A stretch of 51,010 bases of DNA, taken from positions 1-51,010 of the forward strand of contig CAZRVE010000003.1 of NCBI GenBank assembly GCA_964603485.1, given 5' to 3'. Position 1 is the stretch's first letter. Each line of letters begins with the position of its first letter. A program made the translations under genes and the position numbers. Of the stretch, positions 29,293-37,818 are shown piece after piece. Origin of the DNA: an uncultured Candidatus Saccharibacteria bacterium (lineage in GTDB: Bacteria; Patescibacteriota; Minisyncoccia; Phycocordibacterales; Zambryskibacteraceae). Below the pieces are notes generated by a model. The model was not told the DNA's origin. It was given only the letters and a program-made list of their open reading frames with translations, and searched no databases.

Positions 29293-29331
29293 GCGAGGAA
29301 ATAGAATTATTGATAATTAATAAAACGACAC

Positions 29332-30339
29332 ATGTTAATAGGAAAAGCTTCTCCGGAAGATATGAATTTGCATCCACTGAGATATCAGTGGGCATATGAT
29401 CTTTATAATCAGGCAGTACGTAATACTTGGTTTCCTCATGAGATTGCGCTCAAGGAAGACATTGAGGATTGGCAACAGATGACTGAAGACGAGCGCCATG
29501 CGGTGAAGTTTTTGATGGCGTTCTTTAATCCTGCGGAGCTTATCGTAAATCGCTCTATTGCACTTGGAATCTATCCATATCTCAAGAGTCCAGAATGCCA
29601 TCTCTATCTTGCAAAGCAGATGTGGGAAGAGGCAAATCACTGTGTTGCGTTTGAATACGTGCTTCAAACTTTTCCCTTTGATCGTGAAAAGATTTTCAAT
29701 CTTCACCTCGATGTGCCTTCAATGACCGCAAAGGAGGCCTACATCAATAAGTATATGAAGCGCATGACAGAAGATACGCTTGATATTGAGACCCTCGATG
29801 GTAAAAAAGATTTCATTCGAAATCTTGTGGCGACAAACATTGTGATGGAGGGAGTATGGTTTTACTCTGGATTTATGGTGGCCCTTTCCTTCCGTCAGAG
29901 AAATCAGCTTCGTAACTTTGGTTCAATGATTAACTGGGTGCTTCGTGATGAATCTCTCCACTTAAAATTCGGGATGAATTTGATTCATAATATTTTGGAA
30001 GAAAATCCAGACTTACTGACGGAGGATTTTGCAAAGGAGATTCGCGACATTGTGATTGAAGGAGTTGACTTGGAGACCGCATATAACAAAGACCTTTTCC
30101 CAAATGGAATTCTCGGCCTTAATGCTGACTATGTGAATCAGTACGTTCAGTATGTTGCAGACCGTCGTCTTGAAGAGCTTGGAATGCCGAAATACTACAA
30201 TGCAACAAACCCTGCAAAATGGATGAGCGCGGCAACTGATGTGTATGAATTAGTAAATTTCTTTGAGGCTCAAAATACAAGCTACGAGGTAGATGTAAGA
30301 GCTCATACAGAAACCAAGAAGGAGGAAAAAGGAGAATAG
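29332..30339 (+). CDS. nrdB: Class I ribonucleotide reductase beta subunit with class Ic (R2c)-type signature
   Basis: Ferritin-like ligands E69, E100-x-x-H103, MEGVWFYSGF, RDESLH; Phe107 at the radical-Tyr position; C-terminal NFFE....Y. Confidence 0.92.
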   Translation: MLIGKASPEDMNLHPLRYQWAYDLYNQAVRNTWFPHEIALKEDIEDWQQMTEDERHAVKFLMAFFNPAELIVNRSIALGIYPYLKSPECHLYLAKQMWEEANHCVAFEYVLQTFPFDREKIFNLHLDVPSMTAKEAYINKYMKRMTEDTLDIETLDGKKDFIRNLVATNIVMEGVWFYSGFMVALSFRQRNQLRNFGSMINWVLRDESLHLKFGMNLIHNILEENPDLLTEDFAKEIRDIVIEGVDLETAYNKDLFPNGILGLNADYVNQYVQYVADRRLEELGMPKYYNATNPAKWMSAATDVYELVNFFEAQNTSYEVDVRAHTETKKEEKGE

Positions 30340-30375
30340 TAAAACCCCCGCGATTAGGCGGGGGCAGGGAGGGGC

Positions 30376-30537
30376 TTAGCCCCACACGAACTTGATTGCG
30401 ATAGCGAGTGTAAGCATCGCAATAGAGAGAAGGAGTCGAGCCGTAGTTGTTTTTCCTGAAGGGCCCGAAGTGCATGCCAAGATTAGGAAAAACCCTCCAA
30501 TGATGAGTGGGATACTTGCAACGGCTGATACGCGCAT
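30376..30537 (-). CDS. 53 aa two-TM small protein, absent from the ORF track
   Basis: MRVSAVASIPLIIGGFFLILACTSGPSGKTTTARLLLSIAMLTLAIAIKFVWG*; GAGAGG SD; promoter TTGACG-18-TATAAT at 30604-30575; terminator hairpin at 30341-30365. Confidence 0.65.
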   Translation of the reverse strand: MRVSAVASIPLIIGGFFLILACTSGPSGKTTTARLLLSIAMLTLAIAIKFVWG

Positions 30538-30686
30538 GCGGAGCCTCTCTAGGTGAAGGTTCTGACTATCTTTAATTATACCATACTTATTCTACATACG
30601 TCAATATTTAGTCTTTGTTTCGAATCGTGGCTTGTCTTTTGGTCGTGTTACAATGGTGATACTTATTTGTAATTAATTCTAATTGA

Positions 30687-31718
30687 ATGAGCCAGATCAG
30701 AGTTGCAGTAAATGGAGGAGGACGTATTGGACGGGCGTTTATGAAAATCGCTTACGAGCGTCCAGAAATTGAGCTTGTTGCAGTAAATGACCTTGGTGAT
30801 ATTGAAAATATCGCCTATCTCTTAAAATACGACTCCGTGTACGGAAAGGCTCCGTTTGAAGTTTCGGTAACAGAGGATAAGAAGAAAATTAAGATGGGCA
30901 ACAAGGAAGTCTTGATGATTTCCGAGAAAGAGCCAACAAATCTTCCATGGAAAGATCTCAATATTGATGTCGTAGTGGAATCAACTGGTCTTTTCACAAG
31001 CTTTGAGAAAGCAAAAATGCATCTTGATGCAGGGGCGAAGAAAGTTGTGGTGACCGCACCAATGAAAGATGATCCTCAGGGAGACATTCCTGGAGCAACT
31101 GTGCTCATGGGAGTAAATGATAATCAACTCTCAAATTGCATTATCAGCTCAAATGCATCGTGCACTACAAATGCAGCAAGTCCTCTCATTGCAATTTTGG
31201 ACGAAGCGATTGGGATTGAGAAAGCAATTCTTAATACCGTACACGGATATACTGCAACGCAGTCTCTGGTTGACGGTCCTTCTAAGAAAGGATTTCGTGA
31301 GGGGCGAGCGGCTGCACACAATATTGTTCCGTCTTCAACGGGCGCCGCTATTGCAGTAACAAAAGCTTTTACGAGCCTTACAGGACTCTTTGACGGCGTC
31401 TCAATGCGTGTGCCGGTAATTGCAGGGTCTATTGTAGATGTAACGTTTATTGCAAAACGAGAGACGACCGCCGAAGAGGTGAATGCTCTTCTTAAAAAAG
31501 CTTCTCAGGAAGATCGCTGGAAGAGGGTGTTTGCAATTACTGAAGAGGAGCTTGTGTCATCTGATATTTTAGGAAGTCCGTATGGATCTATTGCGGATCT
31601 GCAGTTCACTCGTGTGGTAGGAGGTAATCTCGTAAAAGTGCTTGCGTGGTACGACAATGAAATGGGGTATACCTATACACTTGTTGACCACGTTATAAAG
31701 ACAGGAGGTGCGATATAA
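30687..31718 (+). CDS. gap: Glyceraldehyde-3-phosphate dehydrogenase, type I
   Basis: VAVNGGGRIGR, SNASCTTN, PSSTGAA, AWYDNEMGY. Confidence 0.96.
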   Translation: MSQIRVAVNGGGRIGRAFMKIAYERPEIELVAVNDLGDIENIAYLLKYDSVYGKAPFEVSVTEDKKKIKMGNKEVLMISEKEPTNLPWKDLNIDVVVESTGLFTSFEKAKMHLDAGAKKVVVTAPMKDDPQGDIPGATVLMGVNDNQLSNCIISSNASCTTNAASPLIAILDEAIGIEKAILNTVHGYTATQSLVDGPSKKGFREGRAAAHNIVPSSTGAAIAVTKAFTSLTGLFDGVSMRVPVIAGSIVDVTFIAKRETTAEEVNALLKKASQEDRWKRVFAITEEELVSSDILGSPYGSIADLQFTRVVGGNLVKVLAWYDNEMGYTYTLVDHVIKTGGAI

Positions 31719-31726
31719 TAGTATCC

Positions 31727-32197
31727 ATGAAAATTTACATCGGTACTGATCATGCGGGGCTCGCTCAAAAAGAAAAAATTATCGCTTTCCTAAAAGAAAG
31801 TGGTTATGAGGTTATTGATCAAGGCGCACATGAATACGATGAAAATGATGACTATCCTGATTTTGTCATTCCTGTTGCAAGGGAAGTCTCTAGGAACCCT
31901 CAAGGAGTAAAGGGTTTGATATTGGGTGGGTCTGGCCAAGGTGAGGCAATCGTTGCAAATCGTTTTCCTCACGTTCGGGCAACAGTCTTTTATGGGCATG
32001 CATACTCAATGACAAATAATGTATCTAATCTTGAACTATCAAGACAGCATAATGACTCAAATATTCTCGCTATTGGGTCCCGTTTTGTAACCGATGATCA
32101 AGCACTTGAAGCGGTGCAACAATGGCTTGATACTCCTTTTTCAAACGGCGAACGACATAAGAGGAGGATAAACAAAATCGAAAGAGCGCATGAGTGA
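31727..32197 (+). CDS. rpiB: Ribose-5-phosphate isomerase B (RpiB/LacA/LacB family)
   Basis: IGTDHAG, DDYPDF, GGSGQGEAIVANR, SRQHNDSNIL, RHKRRINKI. Confidence 0.92.
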   Translation: MKIYIGTDHAGLAQKEKIIAFLKESGYEVIDQGAHEYDENDDYPDFVIPVAREVSRNPQGVKGLILGGSGQGEAIVANRFPHVRATVFYGHAYSMTNNVSNLELSRQHNDSNILAIGSRFVTDDQALEAVQQWLDTPFSNGERHKRRINKIERAHE

Positions 32198-32894
32198 AGT
32201 TATTCCCGCAATAATTCCAAAAAGTTTTAACGACCTTACCGAACACCTATCCCAGGTTGCTCCTTACTCAAGTTTTGTACAAATCGATATTTGTGACGGA
32301 CGTCTTACAGGGGAGAAGTCTTGGCCGTACGTATTTTCTCCAGACCCAGACTTTACAAGGATCATAAAAGAAGAAGAAGGATTTCCTTTTTGGGAGGATG
32401 TTGCGTTTGAAATTGATTTGATGGTGTTAGAACCGGAATCAGTTGTAGACCAGTGGGTGCAGGCTGGAGCGGAGCGTATTATTGTTCACTTTGAATCTTT
32501 TAAGAATAAAGAATCAGCACAAGCCTTTCTGGGCGATTTTAAACGTAAATTTTTCTCCCCTGGCTCAGCAGTCAACGTTTCTATTGGTATTGCGATAAAT
32601 GTTGACACTCCAACTTCAGAGGTTGAATCATTGTTTTCAACCGTTGATTTTCTGCAGTGTATGGGAATTGCTCGAATTGGGTATCAGGGACAACCTTTCG
32701 ATGAGCGAGTACTTGAGAAGATTAAAGATATTCACGAGAGATATCCTGACCTAATTATAAGCGTCGATGGAGGGGTAAATTTTAAATCAGCACCTCTCTT
32801 GCGTGAAGTAGGGGTAAGTCGTCTAGTTGCGGGTTCGGCTATTTTTAGGAGCGATAATATAGCAGATGCTATCGCAAGCTTAAAAAACAGCTAA
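32190..32894 (+). CDS. rpe: Ribulose-phosphate 3-epimerase family protein
   Basis: VQIDICDG, EIDLMV, IIVHFE, GYQGQPF, ISVDGGVN, VAGSAIF. Confidence 0.88.
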   Translation: MSEVIPAIIPKSFNDLTEHLSQVAPYSSFVQIDICDGRLTGEKSWPYVFSPDPDFTRIIKEEEGFPFWEDVAFEIDLMVLEPESVVDQWVQAGAERIIVHFESFKNKESAQAFLGDFKRKFFSPGSAVNVSIGIAINVDTPTSEVESLFSTVDFLQCMGIARIGYQGQPFDERVLEKIKDIHERYPDLIISVDGGVNFKSAPLLREVGVSRLVAGSAIFRSDNIADAIASLKNS

Positions 32895-32945
32895 TTTTAG
32901 CAGGGAAGGGGTCTTTTAGGGGGGAGATGATACAAAAGAAAAGAA

Positions 32946-33818
32946 ATGGCAAGCCTATCGGAAGAGAAAAAAGTAGAACTTGAAGAAAGAGCAAATAATA
33001 TTCGTATCTCTATTATTGAGATGCTTCTTCTTGCAAAGAGCGGACATACTGCAGGTCCTCTCGGAATGGCAGATATTTTTACCCTTTTATATTTTCATGT
33101 ATTGAAACATGATCCAAAGAATCCTTCTTGGGAAGATCGTGATCGGGTGATTCTTTCCAATGGGCACATCTGCCCAATACTCTATGCCGTCATGGCTCAT
33201 GCGGGATATTTTGACTTAGAAGAATTAAAAAACTTAAGAAAGTTTGGCTCTATCCTACAAGGACATCCTCATCGTGAATTTCTTCCATCTCTCGAGACAA
33301 GTTCCGGACCACTTGCTTCTGGCCTTTCTCAAGCTGTGGGAATGGCGCTTGCGGATAGAATCGACCACGGAGTGGAATCAAGCAAAAGGATATTTTGTTT
33401 GATGAGCGATGGTGAGCAGGAGTCTGGTCAGATTTGGGAAGCAGGAATGCTTGCGGGAAAAGAAAAGTTGAGAAATTTGGTCGGAATCATTGATCGCAAC
33501 AACATCCAAATTGATGGTTTTACCGAAGATATTATGCCTCTCGAACCTTTTGCTGATAAATGGAGAGCCTGGAATTGGCATGTGATTGAAGTTGACGGCC
33601 ATAATTTTGAAGAGCTTAATGATGCCTTTATGCAGGCCGAGGCGGTATTTGAAAAACCTACAATGATTATTGCGCATACTATTCCTGGGAAAGGCGTAAA
33701 AGAATTTGAAAGAAAATTTGAATGGCATGGAAAACCACCAAATAAAGAAGAAGCGGAAATGGCCTTAAAGGAGCTTCGTTCCCTTGGTGGGCAGATAAGC
33801 GGACACCATAATGATTAA
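32946..33818 (+). CDS. Transketolase, N-terminal subunit
   Basis: SGHTAG, DRVILSNGH, LQGHP, ThDP motif SDGEQESGQIWEA...DRN, HGKPP. Confidence 0.93.
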   Translation: MASLSEEKKVELEERANNIRISIIEMLLLAKSGHTAGPLGMADIFTLLYFHVLKHDPKNPSWEDRDRVILSNGHICPILYAVMAHAGYFDLEELKNLRKFGSILQGHPHREFLPSLETSSGPLASGLSQAVGMALADRIDHGVESSKRIFCLMSDGEQESGQIWEAGMLAGKEKLRNLVGIIDRNNIQIDGFTEDIMPLEPFADKWRAWNWHVIEVDGHNFEELNDAFMQAEAVFEKPTMIIAHTIPGKGVKEFERKFEWHGKPPNKEEAEMALKELRSLGGQISGHHND

Positions 33819-34413
33819 GGAAGATATGGAACATCCTGTTGTAAAAACTATCGTAAGAACTAGTGCAAAAACAATAACAGTGATTTTCAAGGTTTCTGTT
33901 TTCCTTTTTCTTTTTCTAGGTTCTCCTGTTATTTATGGTGAAATATTGGGTTTACCTGAGTCTAGGGGGTGGGGATATTTTCATTCGTATTTTATCTTTT
34001 TAGCTTTATGGCTTCTCGGATATGTGATACTAACTGCTAATAAGAGGTTTTCTCGGGGTGATATATTTACAGTAGATTCCAGTCAAAATATCAGGAAAGA
34101 AGGATTTTATGAGAGGGTTCTCTATATCGGTAAAAGCTTGCTTTTTACAATATCTACACTTTTAGTCCTTGTTGCGCTACTGCCAATAGTATTGATGCGG
34201 ACCATCGGCTACTTACTTAATATTTTTGGATTTTTTAGTGCGCCAGCTCTTGCAACTTTTGCCATTTTTGCGCCGGGAGTCTATGTATATGCTCGATACC
34301 GAGAGAGGGTGTGGAACTATTTTATGTTTGAAAAGCCTCTTAATTTACTTATAGCAACTGGAGTCCTAATTCTGATTTTTATTTTTGTGTATCGTGACTT
34401 TATATTTTATTGA
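33811..34413 (+). CDS. AT-rich multi-TM hypothetical protein between the two transketolase subunit genes
   Basis: 200 aa with about 5 hydrophobic segments; overlaps the upstream stop. Confidence 0.65.
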   Translation: MIKEDMEHPVVKTIVRTSAKTITVIFKVSVFLFLFLGSPVIYGEILGLPESRGWGYFHSYFIFLALWLLGYVILTANKRFSRGDIFTVDSSQNIRKEGFYERVLYIGKSLLFTISTLLVLVALLPIVLMRTIGYLLNIFGFFSAPALATFAIFAPGVYVYARYRERVWNYFMFEKPLNLLIATGVLILIFIFVYRDFIFY

Positions 34414-34440
34414 TTCTGTGAGTCTATAGTCGTCAACAAA

Positions 34441-35415
34441 ATGTTATTAAATCCAAAATTATTTGATGTAGATGTAGAGCAGGTTCCAATTCGCAAGGGA
34501 TTTGGAGAAGGCCTTTTGCAGTCTGCTGAGGCTGACTCTCGTATTGTCGGACTTTGTGCAGATTTGACTGAGTCAACACAGATGCACCTTTTCAAGAATA
34601 AATTTCCAGAGCGTTTCATTGAGATTGGAGTTGCTGAACAAAACCTTGCGTCGGTTGCTTCAGGAATGGCAGCGATGGGAAAGATTCCATTTATCACTTC
34701 TTACGCTATGTTTTCTCCGGGGAGAAATTGGGAGCAAATTAGGACAACCATTTGCTACAATGATCGCCCCGTAAAAATCGCAGGAAGCCATGCAGGAATT
34801 TCTGTAGGCCCTGACGGAGGAACGCATCAAGCAATTGAAGATATCGCAATTACTCGTGTTATTCCAAAAATGGTAGTGATTTCTCCATGTGATGCAATTG
34901 AAGCGAGAAAAGCGACGATCGCTGCTTCAAAAACAGACACTCCTGTTTATATTCGTCTTGCTCGAGAAAAGACACCCGTGATGACCACAGAAGAAACACC
35001 ATTTCAAATTGGAAAAGCTCAAGTGTTTTTTGAAAGTGAAAATCCACAAGTAACACTTATTGCAACTGGGGCACTCGTATATAAAGCACTTAAAGTTGCA
35101 AATAAGCTTTCTCAGGAGGGAATTGGATCTGAGGTAATTAATCTTGCGACAATAAAGCCTCTAGATGGGGAAACTATTTTAGCAAGTGTAAAAAAGACTC
35201 ACGCGGTAGTAACTATAGAAGAGCATCAAATTGCGGGTGGAATGGGTTCTGCCGTATCGGAATTCCTTTCACAAAACAATCCAGTTCCACAGGAATTTAT
35301 TGGTGTTCATGATCAGTTTGGACAATCAGGAACTCCAGAGGAGCTCATTGAGCACTACGGTATGGGCGAGAGTCACATTGAGACTGCGGTGCGAAAAGTT
35401 ATCTCAAGAAAGTAA
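34441..35415 (+). CDS. Transketolase, C-terminal subunit
   Basis: ADLTEST, IGVAEQN, GPDGGTHQAIED, TIEEHQIAGGMGSAV, FGQSG. Confidence 0.93.
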   Translation: MLLNPKLFDVDVEQVPIRKGFGEGLLQSAEADSRIVGLCADLTESTQMHLFKNKFPERFIEIGVAEQNLASVASGMAAMGKIPFITSYAMFSPGRNWEQIRTTICYNDRPVKIAGSHAGISVGPDGGTHQAIEDIAITRVIPKMVVISPCDAIEARKATIAASKTDTPVYIRLAREKTPVMTTEETPFQIGKAQVFFESENPQVTLIATGALVYKALKVANKLSQEGIGSEVINLATIKPLDGETILASVKKTHAVVTIEEHQIAGGMGSAVSEFLSQNNPVPQEFIGVHDQFGQSGTPEELIEHYGMGESHIETAVRKVISRK

Positions 35416-36399
35416 CTGAGGTTTAAATTCTGGAGGAGCATCTTTCAGGTATTTTTCTAATTGCTCTCTATTGAGGAGTCCTCTCTGTGCGCCCACTTGT
35501 TGCACTACAGACATTGAATTTATTGGTCCCCATGACAACGCCTGAGGGATGCTCATATCAAGGGCGAGAGCCGAGGTAAACGTTGATGCAAATGCATCTC
35601 CTGCACCAGTTCTTTCATAGGGAGGTTTGGTGTCCGGGTAGGTTGGCATAAACCAAATATTGCTTTGATCATATACGTGAGCTCCCTTTGGCCCATCTGT
35701 GATGATAACTATTTCCGGCCCCAACGCACTCATTTTCTTTAAGAGCTCTTCAATCGGTATTTCCTCAATTATGCCTAGAATCCTTTTTGCTTCTTCTACA
35801 TTGCAGAAGAAAAGGGCAGAGCGTTTGTAGAGTCCTGATAGGTTTTCTACTCCAAGTTTCATCTGAAATGTTCATGGCTGAACGGCGAGCTTCACGCATG
35901 GCTTTTTTTCTAAGTAACTAAGAATTTCTTTGTGGTATTCCAGAGAGTTTTCCGCAAGAGATGAGAGATAAAGCCATTTTGGAGTTCCGATGTCTGGAAG
36001 TTTATAAGAGTATTCCTGATGCTTCACAAGGATCGTACGATCATCTTCATACCAAAGAACATAGTGGTAGTTAGTCTCTTGGTCTTGGTGAGTTTTCATA
36101 AAGTCGAGAGAAACTCCATTTTGTTCGAGTGTTTCGAGGCATTCCTTTCCGTTCTGATCACCCCCAACGTTTGCTACGAGGGCCGAAGACAGTCCAAGTC
36201 GAGATGCGGCAACCGCAGCGTTTGCGGAATTTCCCACCGCTCGGATAACCTCCACAAATTCGTAGGGAACTTTGTCGCCAAAACTTACACAGAGCTTACA
36301 TTTCTCTCTGTTGACGTCACAATTTATATCGGCGTCTTTAAGTCTTATAAATGCATCTGTTACCACGTCACCAATTGCGACAAAGTCATAATTTTTCAT
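35404..36399 (-). pseudogene. PfkB-family carbohydrate kinase interrupted by one in-frame TGA (35872-35874)
   Basis: ORFs 35872..36399 and 35404..35862 share a frame: CAG CCA TGA ACA TTT CAG ATG. PfkB motifs GNSANAAVAASRLG, NVEEA, ITDGPKG, RTGAGDAF. Confidence 0.85.
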
Positions 36400-36446
36400 G
36401 GGGTTATTTTACCACAGGCGGCATATCTTCATGGTATAATCGGCAG

Positions 36447-37313
36447 ATGAAAACACTCCGAGAATGTGTGCAAGATGCAGATTCAAAAAAGGTCGCAATT
36501 GGTCATTTCAACATATCGAACCTTGAAGGATTTTGGGCAATCGTGCGCACCGCTCGGGAGCTTGAGCTTCCAGTCATCATTGGGGTATCTGAAGGAGAGA
36601 GAGATTTTGTAGGTGTGGGGGCCGCTCGGGCCCTTGTCGATTCTGCTCGCAAAGAGCTTGGCCATCCAATTTTCTTGAATGCTGATCACACTTATTCGTT
36701 TGACCGAGTTAAAGAAGCTATTGATAGCGGCTACGATTCAGTGATCGTTGATGGAGCGAAGCTTCCTTTTGAGGAAAATATTTCTCTTGCAAAACAATGC
36801 GTATCCTATGCGAGAAAAATAAATCCAGAAATAATTATTGAAGGCGAACTTGGGTATATTGGTCAGTCGTCAAAAATCCTTGATGAAATACCAGAAGGTG
36901 TTGGACTTTCACCCGAATCTCTCACTTCTCCAGAACAAGCACTACAGTTTGTCAAAGAAACTGGAGTAGATATGCTTGCGCCCGCGGTTGGAAATATTCA
37001 TGGAATGCTTAAGGGGGGAAGTGATCCACGTCTCGATATTCAAAGAATCCACGCGGTTCGAGAAATGGCCGGCATTCCATTGGTGCTTCACGGAGGATCA
37101 GGAAATTCGGAGCAAGATTTTAAAGATGCTATTAAAGCGGGAATATCTATCATTCACATAAATACGGAGCTCAGGGTTGCCTATAAAGATGCGCTTAAGC
37201 GAACGCTTCAAGAAAATCCAGATGAAGTTGCCCCATATAAGATTATGAAACCGAGTGTAATTGCGATGTCTAGGGTGGTGGAAGCAAAATTAAAACTTTT
37301 TAATGGGTTATAG
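36447..37313 (+). CDS. fba: Class II fructose-bisphosphate aldolase family protein
   Basis: GHFNISNLE, LNADH, EGELGYIG, AVGNIHG, LVLHGGSG, HINTELR; start ATG 36447. Confidence 0.92.
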   Translation: MKTLRECVQDADSKKVAIGHFNISNLEGFWAIVRTARELELPVIIGVSEGERDFVGVGAARALVDSARKELGHPIFLNADHTYSFDRVKEAIDSGYDSVIVDGAKLPFEENISLAKQCVSYARKINPEIIIEGELGYIGQSSKILDEIPEGVGLSPESLTSPEQALQFVKETGVDMLAPAVGNIHGMLKGGSDPRLDIQRIHAVREMAGIPLVLHGGSGNSEQDFKDAIKAGISIIHINTELRVAYKDALKRTLQENPDEVAPYKIMKPSVIAMSRVVEAKLKLFNGL

Positions 37314-37818
37314 AGAAGTGAAGGAAGAATTTCCAAATATGTTTACATATGAGGAAGAGGAGTCTAAAAAAATAGACACACTTAGGCGCTATGTGCAAGA
37401 TGGTTTTTTGCTTCACGGATCAAAATCAAGGATAGATAAAATCGAGCCTCGACAAGCGTCTGATATTGATAAAACTCGCGTAGCCCGGAATCAATTTGGA
37501 GTGTATGCAACTGAAGATCCAGATATTGCAATAGTTATGGCTCTTATGCACCCAAAGGGATCTGGTAATACAACTTCGTATTACCATAAGCACTCTGGCG
37601 AAAGTGAGTCGTTCAAGATTGGAGGTGTAAATGTAATGTTGAGAACGGGATATGTGCACGTGTTACCTAGGGAAACCTTTAAAGAGATAAATCACGAGAA
37701 TGATGTTGAATTTGTTTCGAAAGATCCTGTTACACCTGTTGCTGTTATAGAAGTAAATCCACCAATAATAAGAAGTATGAATGTTACCCTGGAGGGAGAG
37801 CTTAAAGATCAAATATGA
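37303..37818 (+). CDS. Hypothetical protein
   Basis: 171 aa ORF overlapping both neighbours. LLHGS...IEPRQ...GVYAT...GYVHVL is loosely reminiscent of ADP-ribosyltransferase-like folds (unverified). Confidence 0.6.
   Translation: MGYREVKEEFPNMFTYEEEESKKIDTLRRYVQDGFLLHGSKSRIDKIEPRQASDIDKTRVARNQFGVYATEDPDIAIVMALMHPKGSGNTTSYYHKHSGESESFKIGGVNVMLRTGYVHVLPRETFKEINHENDVEFVSKDPVTPVAVIEVNPPIIRSMNVTLEGELKDQI

Noticed and set aside
32946-35415. Transketolase pseudogene (split gene)
   Set aside because: Two-subunit transketolases are a known natural form, and both halves have intact motifs and their own starts.
35872-35874. Genetic code 25 (TGA=Gly) for the whole genome
   Set aside because: Only one in-frame TGA was found. 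Long Gly-rich genes have none, and several genes end properly at TGA, some in ATGA overlaps with the next start.
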